From: Staphylothermus hellenicus DSM 12710
GTDB lineage: Archaea > Thermoproteota > Thermoprotei_A > Sulfolobales > Desulfurococcaceae
DNA: 32,000 nucleotides
Reading direction: 5' to 3'
Assembly (NCBI RefSeq): GCF_000092465.1
Contig: NC_014205.1
Location: forward strand, 90,001 to 122,000
How positions within the stretch are numbered: position 1 is the first letter of the stretch; every line of letters starts with the position of its first letter. This document shows, in pieces, positions 15,547 through 25,408 of the stretch. The notes under the pieces are model-generated. The model did no database searches, was not told where the DNA came from, and was given only the letters and a program-made list of their open reading frames with translations. Position numbers and translations under genes: made by a program.

Positions 15547-15944
15547 ATACTCTTTCTTTACTTAAAAATTACTTAAAAATATGTTTTACTTTAAAATCTT
15601 AAGCCATGAGACTTTCTATAAATTATTAAAAATTTACATTTAATGCACCTTTAGTAATAAGCGTAAAAACTTCATAATTATTATGATTATTGTTTTAAGT
15701 AGTCTTTTCCACTATTATTTGCTGAATTAATGTTTTTAACGTATATGATTATGAGTGAATTCATTATATCAGCTAATTAATCATGATAATTGTTTATTCT
15801 TAAAGGGCGTAGAGTTCTTAGTATTTCTCCACTTTGATAAGAATCTGTTATATATTGGATCAATCTATTGCTTTAAGATTTCTTATATGACGTTGAGTTC
15901 AATATGTAAAAATTATTATTACAGTTTTAATCTAGAATAAATAC

Positions 15945-17117
15945 CTAGATGAGTAGACCGAGTGTGAGAAAATAGGTTATACCCATTGTTGCTGGAAGTG
16001 ATATTAGCCATAGAGTAAAGATTCTAGCTAGTAGTTTTAGGTTAACGCTTCGTGTTCCCCTAGAGAATCCTACACCCATTACTCCCCCGACAATAGCCAT
16101 TGATGTTGATACTGGTAGTCCTAGTCTTGAAGCGGCTAGCATTGTTAGTGTTGCTGATAATTGTGCTACATAAGCTGTTGGGGGTGTTAGGGGGGAGATT
16201 TTTTCTCCTATAGTATCTATGATCTTTGATCCCCACATAATAATGCCTGCTGAGAGACCTATTGATGCAACAATAATTGCTATCCACATAGCTGTTAGGG
16301 ATTCCTTTATTCCTAGAGCATATAGTATAGCTGCTAATGGCCCGGCAGAGTTGGCTACATCATTTGATCCGAAGGAGAAAGCCATGGCGGCAGCAACCAT
16401 TATTAATAGTATCCTGGATGCCTCGTGCAGGGGCGAGCCTCCTTCAGCTATTCTTCTTTTCCAGTATAGATATACCATTATCGTTGTTAATGTGCTAATA
16501 GTTACTGTTGTGATTGATGCATAAACTATGCTTGACACATTAATAGTTTTTACCAATATAAGAATTGTGGGGGTTGCAGATGTTATATATGATGAGACTA
16601 TTAAGGAGGTTTTCGCCGGTCTTTTCTCCCTGAATGATCGGCTGAACGCTGGATACAATATATAAGCTATACCTGTTGCTGCGAATGGGACAATTAACCA
16701 TGCAATCATAATCACCAATATTGTTTCCCAGCTTATAAATGAGGAGCCAATTGCCAGGCCGAAACCAATTATGCCACCAATTATTTCTACATGAACACTC
16801 ATAGGCACCTTAAGATATGTGCTGATCAATGTATATATACCAGATGCTATCAATACCGAGATCATTCCCTTAACAACATATGGTGCAGGCATATTGAGAG
16901 TATTAACTATGCCTTTCATCACAGTATTAGTAACGTATATTCCTAAACTAATAGATCCAGCGAAACTAGCTATTGTAGCCATTATTAAGGCTTTCCTAAC
17001 ATCAAGCACTTTTGCACCAACAGCTGTCCCAATAGCGTTGGGGGCATTATTCGATCCATTATTCCATGCAACGAAGAATGCCGCTAAAACCCCTATAATA
17101 AACCATAGTAGGTCCAT
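15945..17117 (-). CDS. inorganic phosphate transporter, PiT (PHO4) family
   Basis: Duplicated signature: WNNGSNNAPNAIGTAVGAKVL and FSFGSNDVANSAGPLAAI. Polytopic membrane protein. Confidence 0.85.
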   Translation of the reverse strand: MDLLWFIIGVLAAFFVAWNNGSNNAPNAIGTAVGAKVLDVRKALIMATIASFAGSISLGIYVTNTVMKGIVNTLNMPAPYVVKGMISVLIASGIYTLISTYLKVPMSVHVEIIGGIIGFGLAIGSSFISWETILVIMIAWLIVPFAATGIAYILYPAFSRSFREKRPAKTSLIVSSYITSATPTILILVKTINVSSIVYASITTVTISTLTTIMVYLYWKRRIAEGGSPLHEASRILLIMVAAAMAFSFGSNDVANSAGPLAAILYALGIKESLTAMWIAIIVASIGLSAGIIMWGSKIIDTIGEKISPLTPPTAYVAQLSATLTMLAASRLGLPVSTSMAIVGGVMGVGFSRGTRSVNLKLLARIFTLWLISLPATMGITYFLTLGLLI

Positions 17118-17293
17118 TACTATTACCTACCCATACCAGTATATAGTATAACTATTTATACATACTCCTAAATAGCCGAATATATTATTCATATAGATAT
17201 GTTTAGGAAAGATATAAAGGTTTCCCCATAATTCTGATTAGAAGAATACTTGGTATATTAGGTTAGGTATTTCCCGGTGAGAATCTAGATAGC

Positions 17294-17716
17294 TTATAAT
17301 GAATCAAATACTTTATCTAAACGAATACCTGTTCTTACTAATTCTTTAAAATACATTATTGATTTTAACGCGTATCTATTAGCATATTTCTCGTTGCCAG
17401 GGTATTCCCGCCTCGAATTTCTTAAATGATGATAATATTCGTGGAGAACTACGAATGGGTTCCCATATTCTTCACTGCTCCTGAGACATATAGTCTTCTT
17501 AACTGGATCATAGCATCCTAGAGCTTTAGAGTGCTTCTTAGGTAAACCTATTCTGATCCTAGGAGTTAGTATTCCATAATATCTTGAAAGAACTGATAAG
17601 GCCTTCTCAGAATCTCTCTTTACTATAAGATATACAGCATAAGCTCTAACAATCTCCTCCGGCATAGAACTGTTGCTCAACTTAGATGCTCCCATATTAT
17701 TTTTCCTAGCTCCCAA
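17294..17716 (-). CDS. small putative zinc metallopeptidase (HExxH, SprT/zincin-like)
   Basis: ALGCYDPVKKTICLRS...NPFVVLHEYYHHL contains HEYYH in the context typical of minimal zincins. Confidence 0.4.
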   Translation of the reverse strand: MGARKNNMGASKLSNSSMPEEIVRAYAVYLIVKRDSEKALSVLSRYYGILTPRIRIGLPKKHSKALGCYDPVKKTICLRSSEEYGNPFVVLHEYYHHLRNSRREYPGNEKYANRYALKSIMYFKELVRTGIRLDKVFDSL

Positions 17717-17855
17717 CTACCTTAACCAAAAGCTCTTCTTACTCTTAGTAAAATACTAACATATTGGGTAAATAAATAATCGATTACTAATTGAATAAGC
17801 CTTACTTATTGTATTTCTCAATAATATAATTATTTGGAGAAAAAAATTGTTTTAT

Positions 17856-19748
17856 TTAGCCAGGTAATAGTCCTTCTTCTTCTAGTCTGTCTGCTACCCA
17901 TTTAAGACCTAGTTCTTCCAGTTTTGCTCTTGTTGGTCTTCCATCTATCCATCCTCTTAGCTTATAGTATTCGTCTAGCATCTCGTTTAGCCTGACAACG
18001 TGTCCTTTTGATGGTCCCTCCGGCATTGGTTCTTCGAGAAGTCTCTTCGGCAGTGTATCATATTCTCTTCCATCGCCAAAGCTTAGTACGTTAAATGCTC
18101 TTTCAGCATTGTATATTCTCTCACCGATCTTGTGTACTTCATCCTTGGAGACATCCCAGCCTGTTACAGCACTTATTATTTCAGCATAGTCTTCATCCCA
18201 TATGGCGAAGCTTGAGAACAAACATACGATCATAGAGTCTACTACGGCGGTGACATCTTGGAACTCCTTGACAAGAGCGGGCTTGCCCTTGGTTGTAAAC
18301 CTGTCCACAAGTTTTGGTACACCGAGGACCTCAGGTGATATCAGGTATGCTCTTACGTGGCATCCTCCACGATTACTTGTAGCATATGCTAAACCTTGGC
18401 CCTGTGCCCCTCTTGGATCATATGCTGGCAGCTCCTGTCCTCTCACACTCATCGATACTTCTGGTGCACCATATTTTTGTGCTAATCTCCAAGAACCCTC
18501 AGCTAGCTCATCGCCTATACCGCTCCTATACGCTGTTCTCCATACAAGCTCAACTATAGCATCTGGCGAGCCCCATTTAACATTTAGTCCGCGAAGCTTC
18601 TCTGGAGGAATCTTGCCTAGCTCTACAAGCTCCATCAACGCACCAATAGTATTGCCCATACTTATAGTGTCAAGCCCTAGCTCATTACATAGATAGTTAG
18701 CCTTGTTAATAGCTTCCAGATCGTCTGTGCCTGTTTGCGCGCCAAAGGCCCAGATCGTCTCATACTCTGGGCCTCCTCCCTCCCCACTAAATGGGGATTT
18801 TCCTACCTTAGTATATCTTCCACAAGTGATTACACAGCCCCAACATGATTCTTCAACACTCTTTTTCTTATCAAGATACTTCTCAGCTAATACTTCGCCG
18901 CTAATCTTTTCCGCACCCTCAAATACACCTGTACGGAAGTTCCTTGTCGGGAGCATGCCTGCCTTATTGATAATGTTTACCAGTATCGCTGTACCCAGCT
19001 TAGGCAGCCCCTCCGAAGTAACCGGGTTTTCACGATGCTTCTTAACCATCTTAATAACTACTTCCTTAAACATCTCCTTCTTAGCAATCTCTGGCTTCAT
19101 GTGGCCGCGTACAGCTATTGCTTTAATCTTCTTACTACCCCATACAGCTCCATGGCCTCCTCGGCCGGCAGCTCTGTACTTATCATTCATTAATGCAGCA
19201 AATCTTACAAGGTTTTCTCCAGCGGGCCCTATTGCTAATACTTTTACCTTCTTAGCCTCATCCCTACCGATCTCGGCTGCAAGTTCTTCCTGGATAATAT
19301 CAGTAGTTGAATGCACATCCTTGCCCCATAAATGGGTAGCGTCTCTAATCTCGACTTTGCCATCATGTATCCATAGATACACTGGTTTCTCGCTAATATC
19401 CTCTAATATAATAGCATCGAACCCTGCAAACTTTAGTTCAGGCCCAAACTTTCCACCGCTCTGAGAATCATGTATTGTATCTGTTAATGGAGACTTTGTT
19501 ACACTACACCATCTACCAGCTTCTGGTATGCCTGCAACACCTGTTATAGGGCCTGTCATAACAAATGCTTTATTCCTTGGACCAAGGGGATCAGCTTTTG
19601 GATCAATTTCTTTCAACGCAAGGTAAACGCCTAATCCTCTTCCACCCAGCCAGCTTCTAAGAACAGTCTCTGGAGGCAATGGCTCAATATAGTATTTATT
19701 TCTCCATAAGTTGACACGTAGGATTCTACCCATATACCCGCCAAGCAT
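17856..19748 (-). CDS. aor: tungsten-containing aldehyde:ferredoxin oxidoreductase
   Basis: Collinear with P. furiosus AOR as I recall it, from MLGGYMGRILRVNL through GRGGHGAVWGSKKIKAIAV, GPEYETIWAFG, ELPAYDPRG and NRGGCH to LPKRLLEEPMPEGP...YYKLRGW. Start placed at the internal ATG 19748 rather than the ORF-track start at 19778. Confidence 0.9.
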   Translation of the reverse strand: MLGGYMGRILRVNLWRNKYYIEPLPPETVLRSWLGGRGLGVYLALKEIDPKADPLGPRNKAFVMTGPITGVAGIPEAGRWCSVTKSPLTDTIHDSQSGGKFGPELKFAGFDAIILEDISEKPVYLWIHDGKVEIRDATHLWGKDVHSTTDIIQEELAAEIGRDEAKKVKVLAIGPAGENLVRFAALMNDKYRAAGRGGHGAVWGSKKIKAIAVRGHMKPEIAKKEMFKEVVIKMVKKHRENPVTSEGLPKLGTAILVNIINKAGMLPTRNFRTGVFEGAEKISGEVLAEKYLDKKKSVEESCWGCVITCGRYTKVGKSPFSGEGGGPEYETIWAFGAQTGTDDLEAINKANYLCNELGLDTISMGNTIGALMELVELGKIPPEKLRGLNVKWGSPDAIVELVWRTAYRSGIGDELAEGSWRLAQKYGAPEVSMSVRGQELPAYDPRGAQGQGLAYATSNRGGCHVRAYLISPEVLGVPKLVDRFTTKGKPALVKEFQDVTAVVDSMIVCLFSSFAIWDEDYAEIISAVTGWDVSKDEVHKIGERIYNAERAFNVLSFGDGREYDTLPKRLLEEPMPEGPSKGHVVRLNEMLDEYYKLRGWIDGRPTRAKLEELGLKWVADRLEEEGLLPG

Positions 19749-19931
19749 TATATACACCAGAACACGATTTTCCCACATAGTATTATTCTAACGGATTCTT
19801 ATATAAGGATTTTCTGAATGAATAAAATCAGCTTCCTAATAGAAATATTAGGATTTCCTAACATGTTAGGTAAAAATGAATAAATAAGCATTCATAGGTC
19901 AATGGAACCTAGTATTTCTAGGTGAATAATT

Positions 19932-20147
19932 GTGTCTATAGAAAAGAATTCCTCATCGATCATCATTGGTGACTGGAAAATATCCCTTAATGAAAAATCG
20001 CATCCTAAAGAGATAATGGTTGAGGTAACTACTAGATGCAATTATGACTGTATATATTGTTTTCGGAGATCAATTATTGGCGAAGGCTTTCATGATATGA
20101 ATAGAGATTTATTTTACAAAATAATAGAATACCATGGTATCTTGTAA
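19932..20147 (+). pseudogene. radical SAM N-terminal fragment (truncated after about 71 codons)
   Basis: VEVTTRCNYDCIYCF carries the CxxxCxxC cluster motif, but the frame stops 30 codons later. No GGEP or later motifs follow in any frame. Confidence 0.55.
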
Positions 20148-20253
20148 AGATATCCGTATTGTTATGAGCTAGAGTAGTTGTGGGACTAGCTTTATATCGG
20201 TATACATAAGTGTAGTAAATGAGTTATCTTTATTATTTACCTTACAATGTTAA

Positions 20254-21228
20254 ATGCTCGATATTGCAATATACGCTACCATGTGGGAAGGCATGGTTTT
20301 GAAGATCTTAATAAGTAATTTATTGGAAAAATCTCCGATAAAGATCGGCAGGATTGTTTTTTACGTGTTAGTTTTTACCATAATATTTCTAAGCATATCT
20401 GTTGCATCAATACTTGTACTGCTCTCTAATGCATCAGCAGTAGCATGTGCTTTTTGGAGAACTTTTTTATCAGCCATTATTCTATGGTTTATAAAACTAT
20501 TATTAAATAGATCATGGGTTGGTTTAAGAAATTATAAGGTTTTATCATTAATTGTTTTATCTGGTGTTTTTCTCGCAGCTCATTTTCTTTTTTGGATGGA
20601 ATCCCTGTTTCTAGTACCAGTTGCAATTAGTACCACTATTGTTGTATCTTATCCATTGTTCTCACTAGTGGTTGATAAGATCATATATAATGAACGGATT
20701 TATGGGATCCAATATATAGGGTTGACTACAGGATTCATAGGGATAGCGTTTTTTATGGAGCCCAGACTTATTGGTGAATATAGTGTATCTGGTGTTATAT
20801 TAGCATTATTGGGTGCTGTTGCTGCTACAGGTTATTTTAGTATTGGTAGAAGAGTTAGAAAGGTTGTTGGTTTATTAGAATATACTACTATAGCATACTC
20901 CAGTGCAGCTATAACTTTACTAGTATATTCCTTATTTACAGGTGCTAATCTGGTACATTATGGACTAAATAGCTACATATATTTCTTCTTATTAGCAATA
21001 ATACCTATGCTTGGAGGACATACACTACTAAATTATGTTTTAAAATACATAAAAACAAGTTCGGCAACATCAATAGCTTTAGGAGAGCCTGTTGGCGCAT
21101 CTATATTAGCATATATTTTTCTTGGACAAATAATTACTCCTATTCAAATATTACTAATAATAGTGATTCTCCTCTCTATAGCTCTCGTTTTATATCCGGA
21201 GATAAGAAATATTACAGAGAAAAAATAG
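20254..21228 (+). CDS. EamA/DMT-superfamily transporter
   Basis: About 10 predicted TM helices, two-repeat architecture and a length of about 300 aa. The call rests on hydrophobicity pattern only. Confidence 0.6.
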   Translation: MLDIAIYATMWEGMVLKILISNLLEKSPIKIGRIVFYVLVFTIIFLSISVASILVLLSNASAVACAFWRTFLSAIILWFIKLLLNRSWVGLRNYKVLSLIVLSGVFLAAHFLFWMESLFLVPVAISTTIVVSYPLFSLVVDKIIYNERIYGIQYIGLTTGFIGIAFFMEPRLIGEYSVSGVILALLGAVAATGYFSIGRRVRKVVGLLEYTTIAYSSAAITLLVYSLFTGANLVHYGLNSYIYFFLLAIIPMLGGHTLLNYVLKYIKTSSATSIALGEPVGASILAYIFLGQIITPIQILLIIVILLSIALVLYPEIRNITEKK

Positions 21229-21349
21229 TTACAGATTATAACTCAGATAATTATCGGAGATTTGATATTATGGTTGTTAATAAATTATTCTATGAAAGTT
21301 TTATTTTATCCTATAATAATTGATATATTCTAGCTATCAGGTGATACTA

Positions 21350-22774
21350 TTGAAGGTGCTGTTATCTCTACCGCCAGAAGTTCACAAGCTTGAAATATAC
21401 AAGGTCACCGGTATGAGTGCTCCTCCTCTAGGCTTAGCATATATTGGCGCAGTTCTTGAAAATGCAGGTCATAAGGTTAGAATAATAGATTCCCCAACTC
21501 TTAAAATAAATTTCAAGGACTGGATCAGTGAGGTTAAATCTTGGGATCCCGACATAGTTGGTATATCCATGCTAACCCCTCTAGCACCTAAGGGATATGT
21601 TGCAGCTAAACTTGTAAAGGAGGAACTGGGCAATGATGTAATAGTTATAGCCGGCGGCCCCCACCCCACATATATGTATGAGGAAGCACTCAGCAACGGC
21701 ATAGACGTTGTTGTTAGGGGCGAGGGAGAATATACTACATTAGAACTTGTCAATACTATTGAGAAATACGGGTTAGACAAGAATACTTTGAAGGAGATAA
21801 AAGGTATTGCTTTTAAAGATGATTCTGGTAAAGCTGTTGTGACCCCGCCTAGACCATTTATACAAAACCTAGATGAGCTCCCATGGCCTGCAAGGCATCT
21901 GCTTCCAATGGATAAATATACGCTTTTCGGGAAACCTATAAGGATAGCACATGTAATGGCCAGTAGGGGTTGTCCATATGGATGCATATATTGTATAACA
22001 AGCTATTTCTGGGGCCGCAGAATAAGGTTTAGATCAGCGAAGAATGTTGCTGATGAGGTAGAGTTCCTAGTGAACAAGTATAAAGCTAACCATATAGCTT
22101 TTAGCGATGACGACTTGGTTATTAATAGAAGATTCGTGCTTGGATTTATTGATGAGATCAAGAAGAGAGGACTAGATATAACATTCTCGTGTGGTTCTAG
22201 AGTTAACCATATAAACAAGGAGATCCTTAAAACCCTCTACGATAATGGTTGTACAGCACTATATTTCGGTGTGGAATCAGCTAGTCAAGAAACACTTAAC
22301 CGTATAGGTAAGAGAATAACTATTGAACAAGCTGAAAGAGTATTTAAATGGGTTAAGGAGCTTAAAGGCTTCGCTCTAGGATCATTCATACTGGGATTTC
22401 CATGGGAAACAATAGATGATATGAAGAAAACAGTTGATTTCGCAATAAAACTTGATCCAAACTATGCACAGTTCACAGTATTAACACCATATCCTGGAAC
22501 ACCGCTCTTCGAATATGCTAAAAAATATAATTTAATAGAGGATTGGAATTGGGAACACTATACCACTGTTAAACCTGTTATGAGAGGTTTCCACTTCACA
22601 ACAAAGGATCTAGGAAAAATGATCAAATATGCTTACCGTAAGTTCTATCTAAGAACAAAGTTTATTATGAGAGAACTTAAGGCAGGTAGGCTTAAAGATC
22701 TCTCAGGCATTCTCGTGAGAGAAGTCTTTTCTTGGATGAGAGATAAAGTCTACGAGTACTTGAGGTGGAAATAA
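21350..22774 (+). CDS. B12-binding-domain radical SAM protein (class B-like)
   Basis: N-terminal KVLLSLPP...LGLAYIGAVLENAGHKVRIID...IVGISMLT (cobalamin-binding-like domain), then ASRGCPYGCIYC (CxxxCxxC). Start set at TTG 21350 (MKVLL...); the ORF is open from 21320. Confidence 0.8.
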   Translation: MKVLLSLPPEVHKLEIYKVTGMSAPPLGLAYIGAVLENAGHKVRIIDSPTLKINFKDWISEVKSWDPDIVGISMLTPLAPKGYVAAKLVKEELGNDVIVIAGGPHPTYMYEEALSNGIDVVVRGEGEYTTLELVNTIEKYGLDKNTLKEIKGIAFKDDSGKAVVTPPRPFIQNLDELPWPARHLLPMDKYTLFGKPIRIAHVMASRGCPYGCIYCITSYFWGRRIRFRSAKNVADEVEFLVNKYKANHIAFSDDDLVINRRFVLGFIDEIKKRGLDITFSCGSRVNHINKEILKTLYDNGCTALYFGVESASQETLNRIGKRITIEQAERVFKWVKELKGFALGSFILGFPWETIDDMKKTVDFAIKLDPNYAQFTVLTPYPGTPLFEYAKKYNLIEDWNWEHYTTVKPVMRGFHFTTKDLGKMIKYAYRKFYLRTKFIMRELKAGRLKDLSGILVREVFSWMRDKVYEYLRWK

Positions 22775-24294
22775 TGAATAATAAATCACAAGATAATTCT
22801 AAATCTGATCAAAGAGGTGGTATTGGAGCATTACTAGCTGGGCTTAGAACTCTCTTCGATAATCCTGTATCAAGGATCTTCTTGAAAACAGCCACTATAG
22901 AGTCGGAGTGTAATCATAATGGTAGAAAAGTCACGGCACCAATAGTATATCATGCATTATCAATGTATGCAGGCGAACCAGTTAGTTCATGCCCAATAAC
23001 AGCTAGGTTTATTGGATCAATTGTTAATGCCATTATGAGGCTTGGTATAAAACTGTTAAAGGGTAGAGAAGATGAGGTTATTGAGGCATTAAAGGATCCA
23101 GCTCTTAGACGTGGGGTTTCACTAGTCTTAAAGGGACTAGGTCTTTACGGAGTAACTGTTCCCCAAGAGCTCCCCGCACCATTCCTCATAGTATGGAACT
23201 TTACTAACATGTGTAATCTAAAATGTAAGCATTGTTATCAAAGAGCAGATAAGCCATTGCCTAATGAGCTCTCCTTGAAGGAGAAAATAATGGTTGTGGA
23301 TCAGCTTGATCGTGCCGGTGTTGCAGCAATAGCGTTGAGCGGTGGAGAACCCACTATTCATCCACATTTTCGGAGAATCTTGTACGAGATAGCTTCGAGA
23401 GGCATGTATGCAGCTGTAGCAACTAATGGCTGGGTATTTGCTGATATAGAGAAGTTGAAGGAAGCAAAGAAGCTTGGGCTTAGATATGTTGAGGTATCAG
23501 TTGACAGCGCTGATCCTAAGAAGCATGATTGGTTCAGAGGGGTTCAGGGATCATGGGAGAGAGCTGTGAAAGCTTTAGAAAACGCTGTTAAGCTTGGCAT
23601 AAACCATGCTATGGCTACAACTATTACTAAGATGAACATTAATGAAGTAGAGGATCTTCTTGATCTAGCTGAATCCATAGGTGTTAAGAGAGTAGTATTC
23701 TTTAACTTCGTGCCTGTAGGTAGGGGGAAAGATAATATATGGTTAGACCTTGACCCCTTGGAGAGAGAAGAATTTCTCAGAACAATATATAAGGAGATGA
23801 GCAAGCGTAAAATGGAGATTGTCAGTACCGCGCCACAGTATGGGAGAGTATCTCTACAATTAAGTGGTGGTAAAGAGGTTGCTCCAACACATTTCTATGT
23901 TGGAGGAGATCCTATAGTTAGGGCTGTTGCAGAATTTGTTGGCGGATGCGGTGCGGGGAGAATATATGCAGGTATACAGCCTGATGGAACACTTATACCA
24001 TGCGTATTCCTGCCCATACCAGTAGGAAATCTGCGTGAGAGAACATTCTGGGATCTATGGGTTAACGCCCCTCTCTTCAAATTATTAAGGGATAGATCTA
24101 AGCTCCAAGGAGCATGTGCTGTATGCCCATATAAAAACATATGCGGAGGATGCAGAGCTAGAGCATATGCATACTTCAACGATCCAATGGCTCCCGATCC
24201 CGGCTGTCTCTATAACATTAAATACTGGAAAAAACTAAAAGAAGAAGCAAAAACCGCCTCCCACATAAAGATAAAGGTAGGTAGCAAAGACTAA
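22774..24294 (+). CDS. radical SAM protein with about 140-aa N-terminal extension and C-terminal SPASM/twitch-type Cys-rich domain
   Basis: NFTNMCNLKCKHCYQ, ALSGGEPT, C-terminal GGCGAG...PCVF...GACAVCPYKNICGGCRARAY. ATG 22774 shares one base with the upstream stop codon (TAATG). Confidence 0.8.
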   Translation: MNNKSQDNSKSDQRGGIGALLAGLRTLFDNPVSRIFLKTATIESECNHNGRKVTAPIVYHALSMYAGEPVSSCPITARFIGSIVNAIMRLGIKLLKGREDEVIEALKDPALRRGVSLVLKGLGLYGVTVPQELPAPFLIVWNFTNMCNLKCKHCYQRADKPLPNELSLKEKIMVVDQLDRAGVAAIALSGGEPTIHPHFRRILYEIASRGMYAAVATNGWVFADIEKLKEAKKLGLRYVEVSVDSADPKKHDWFRGVQGSWERAVKALENAVKLGINHAMATTITKMNINEVEDLLDLAESIGVKRVVFFNFVPVGRGKDNIWLDLDPLEREEFLRTIYKEMSKRKMEIVSTAPQYGRVSLQLSGGKEVAPTHFYVGGDPIVRAVAEFVGGCGAGRIYAGIQPDGTLIPCVFLPIPVGNLRERTFWDLWVNAPLFKLLRDRSKLQGACAVCPYKNICGGCRARAYAYFNDPMAPDPGCLYNIKYWKKLKEEAKTASHIKIKVGSKD

Positions 24295-24438
24295 AATGCT
24301 TAATAAATATATTCGATCAAATAATGTTTTTATATGTTTTTTATCACCTCCTAAATCTATAATGATATTTTGACAGGATAGATCTTAAAAACTCAAAATA
24401 TATAAGCATATAAAATCATTGTTTGTTTGGAGGCCTTT

Positions 24439-24906
24439 ATGTTGGATAATACGGAGCTATTTCAGAAGATATTGTATACAACCGATTTTTCCAAGGCTTC
24501 AGAAAAAGCATTGGATTATGTAATAAAGTTAAAAGGAGCTGGAGCAGAGGAAGTTATAATATTACATGTCGTGGATATCAGTACTCTTGAAGCTTATGAA
24601 GACATATATTCACTTAAAGGTATGAGTTCGAACCAGATAATAGAGACTATAAAGAATGAGATAAAAAAGAAACTTGAAGGGATAGAGGAGAAAATACGTG
24701 CTCAGGGATTAAAAACAAAAGTGCTGGTTAGAATAGGGAAATCCTATAAAGAGATCGTTAAAGTAGCAGAAGAAGAAAATGTTTCCCTTATAGTGATCGC
24801 TTCAATAGGTAGGGGGGTTAAGTGGGGCGTGTTTGATGTATTTTTGGGTTCGACTGCTGGAAAAGTAGTGGCTCGCGCTAAAAGACCTGTTCTAGTGGTG
24901 AAGTAA
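24439..24906 (+). CDS. universal stress protein (UspA family)
   Basis: ILYTTDFSKASEKALDYV...VIILHVVD...GSTAGKVVARAKRPVLVVK. GGAGG lies 5 nt upstream of ATG 24439. Confidence 0.85.
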   Translation: MLDNTELFQKILYTTDFSKASEKALDYVIKLKGAGAEEVIILHVVDISTLEAYEDIYSLKGMSSNQIIETIKNEIKKKLEGIEEKIRAQGLKTKVLVRIGKSYKEIVKVAEEENVSLIVIASIGRGVKWGVFDVFLGSTAGKVVARAKRPVLVVK

Positions 24907-24911
24907 TAGCA

Positions 24912-25408
24912 ATGATGCTTGACCTTCTAATAACGCCTAGCTTAATGATCTCATTATCAACAATATTTCCAGCATCAACCTATATGAAGATCTAGCCTTT
25001 ACCCTTATCTATTGCTCCAGCATCCAGCATGGGTCTAGACTATCTCGGATTATCAGGCGGAGACATGCTAGCAGGAGCAACAATAGTAGCACTAGCATTC
25101 ATTCTATATTATTCTATGGAATAACAATCTTCATGCTCATAATACTTAACAAGAACATGTTCAAATTCGAATATTGATCAAACCAAGCAATAGTATTCAC
25201 TATAATAGCAGGCAAAAATGTATCAATAACAATAGCAATACTAGTATTAGTCTTTGGAAAAGCAGGCCAGTTCATGGCTGTATACCCACCAACAATGTCG
25301 ATCTTTCAAACACCTATATTGGTAATGTATCTAAGATGCAGCGATAAAATAAAGAAACTATTCGAAACAATGGAGAAAGAAACACACATAATTCCAAAAC
25401 AGGTATAA
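24912..25408 (+). pseudogene. decayed paralog of the adjacent ACR3/BASS-family transporter
   Basis: Three collinear fragments lie in different frames, separated by stops. ITPSLMISLSTIFPASTYM matches HMSPVLSLGLILATVVPCSSMA. DYLGLSGGDMLAGATIVALAF matches AYTGLSEGNIELATVIVALSF. AGKNVSITIAILV...PPTMSIFQTPILVMYLRCSDKIKKLF matches VGKNEGTAIAIAV...PPAITPILQIPFLVGYLKLSQKIRKWW. Confidence 0.7.

Noticed and set aside
15559-15596. Tandem tacttaaaaat repeats as a possible CRISPR or other array
   Set aside because: There are only two perfect 11-nt copies plus one degenerate copy, with no spacers. This is more likely a duplicated AT-rich promoter element. No CRISPR-like repeat-spacer pattern was seen anywhere in the window.
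16060-17151. Alternative-frame ORFs within the PiT transporter gene (16060-16287 on the same strand; 16219-16524 and 16819-17151 antisense)
   Set aside because: They are embedded in a well-supported PiT-family CDS and have no independent support.
18202-19464. Two long plus-strand ORFs (164 and 253 aa) inside the AOR gene
   Set aside because: They are antisense to a full-length, well-conserved AOR. Their Ser/Pro/Leu-rich low-complexity translations have no motifs.
21270-21323. 17-codon micro-ORF (MVVNKLFYESFILSYNN) just upstream of the B12-rSAM gene, with GGAGA 10 nt upstream, as a possible RiPP precursor
   Set aside because: Short ORFs of this size arise by chance in AT-rich DNA. It has no Cys, Ser/Thr-rich core or leader-like features, and it overlaps the possible upstream extension of the rSAM ORF. 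It would be worth revisiting only if conserved in syntenic clusters.
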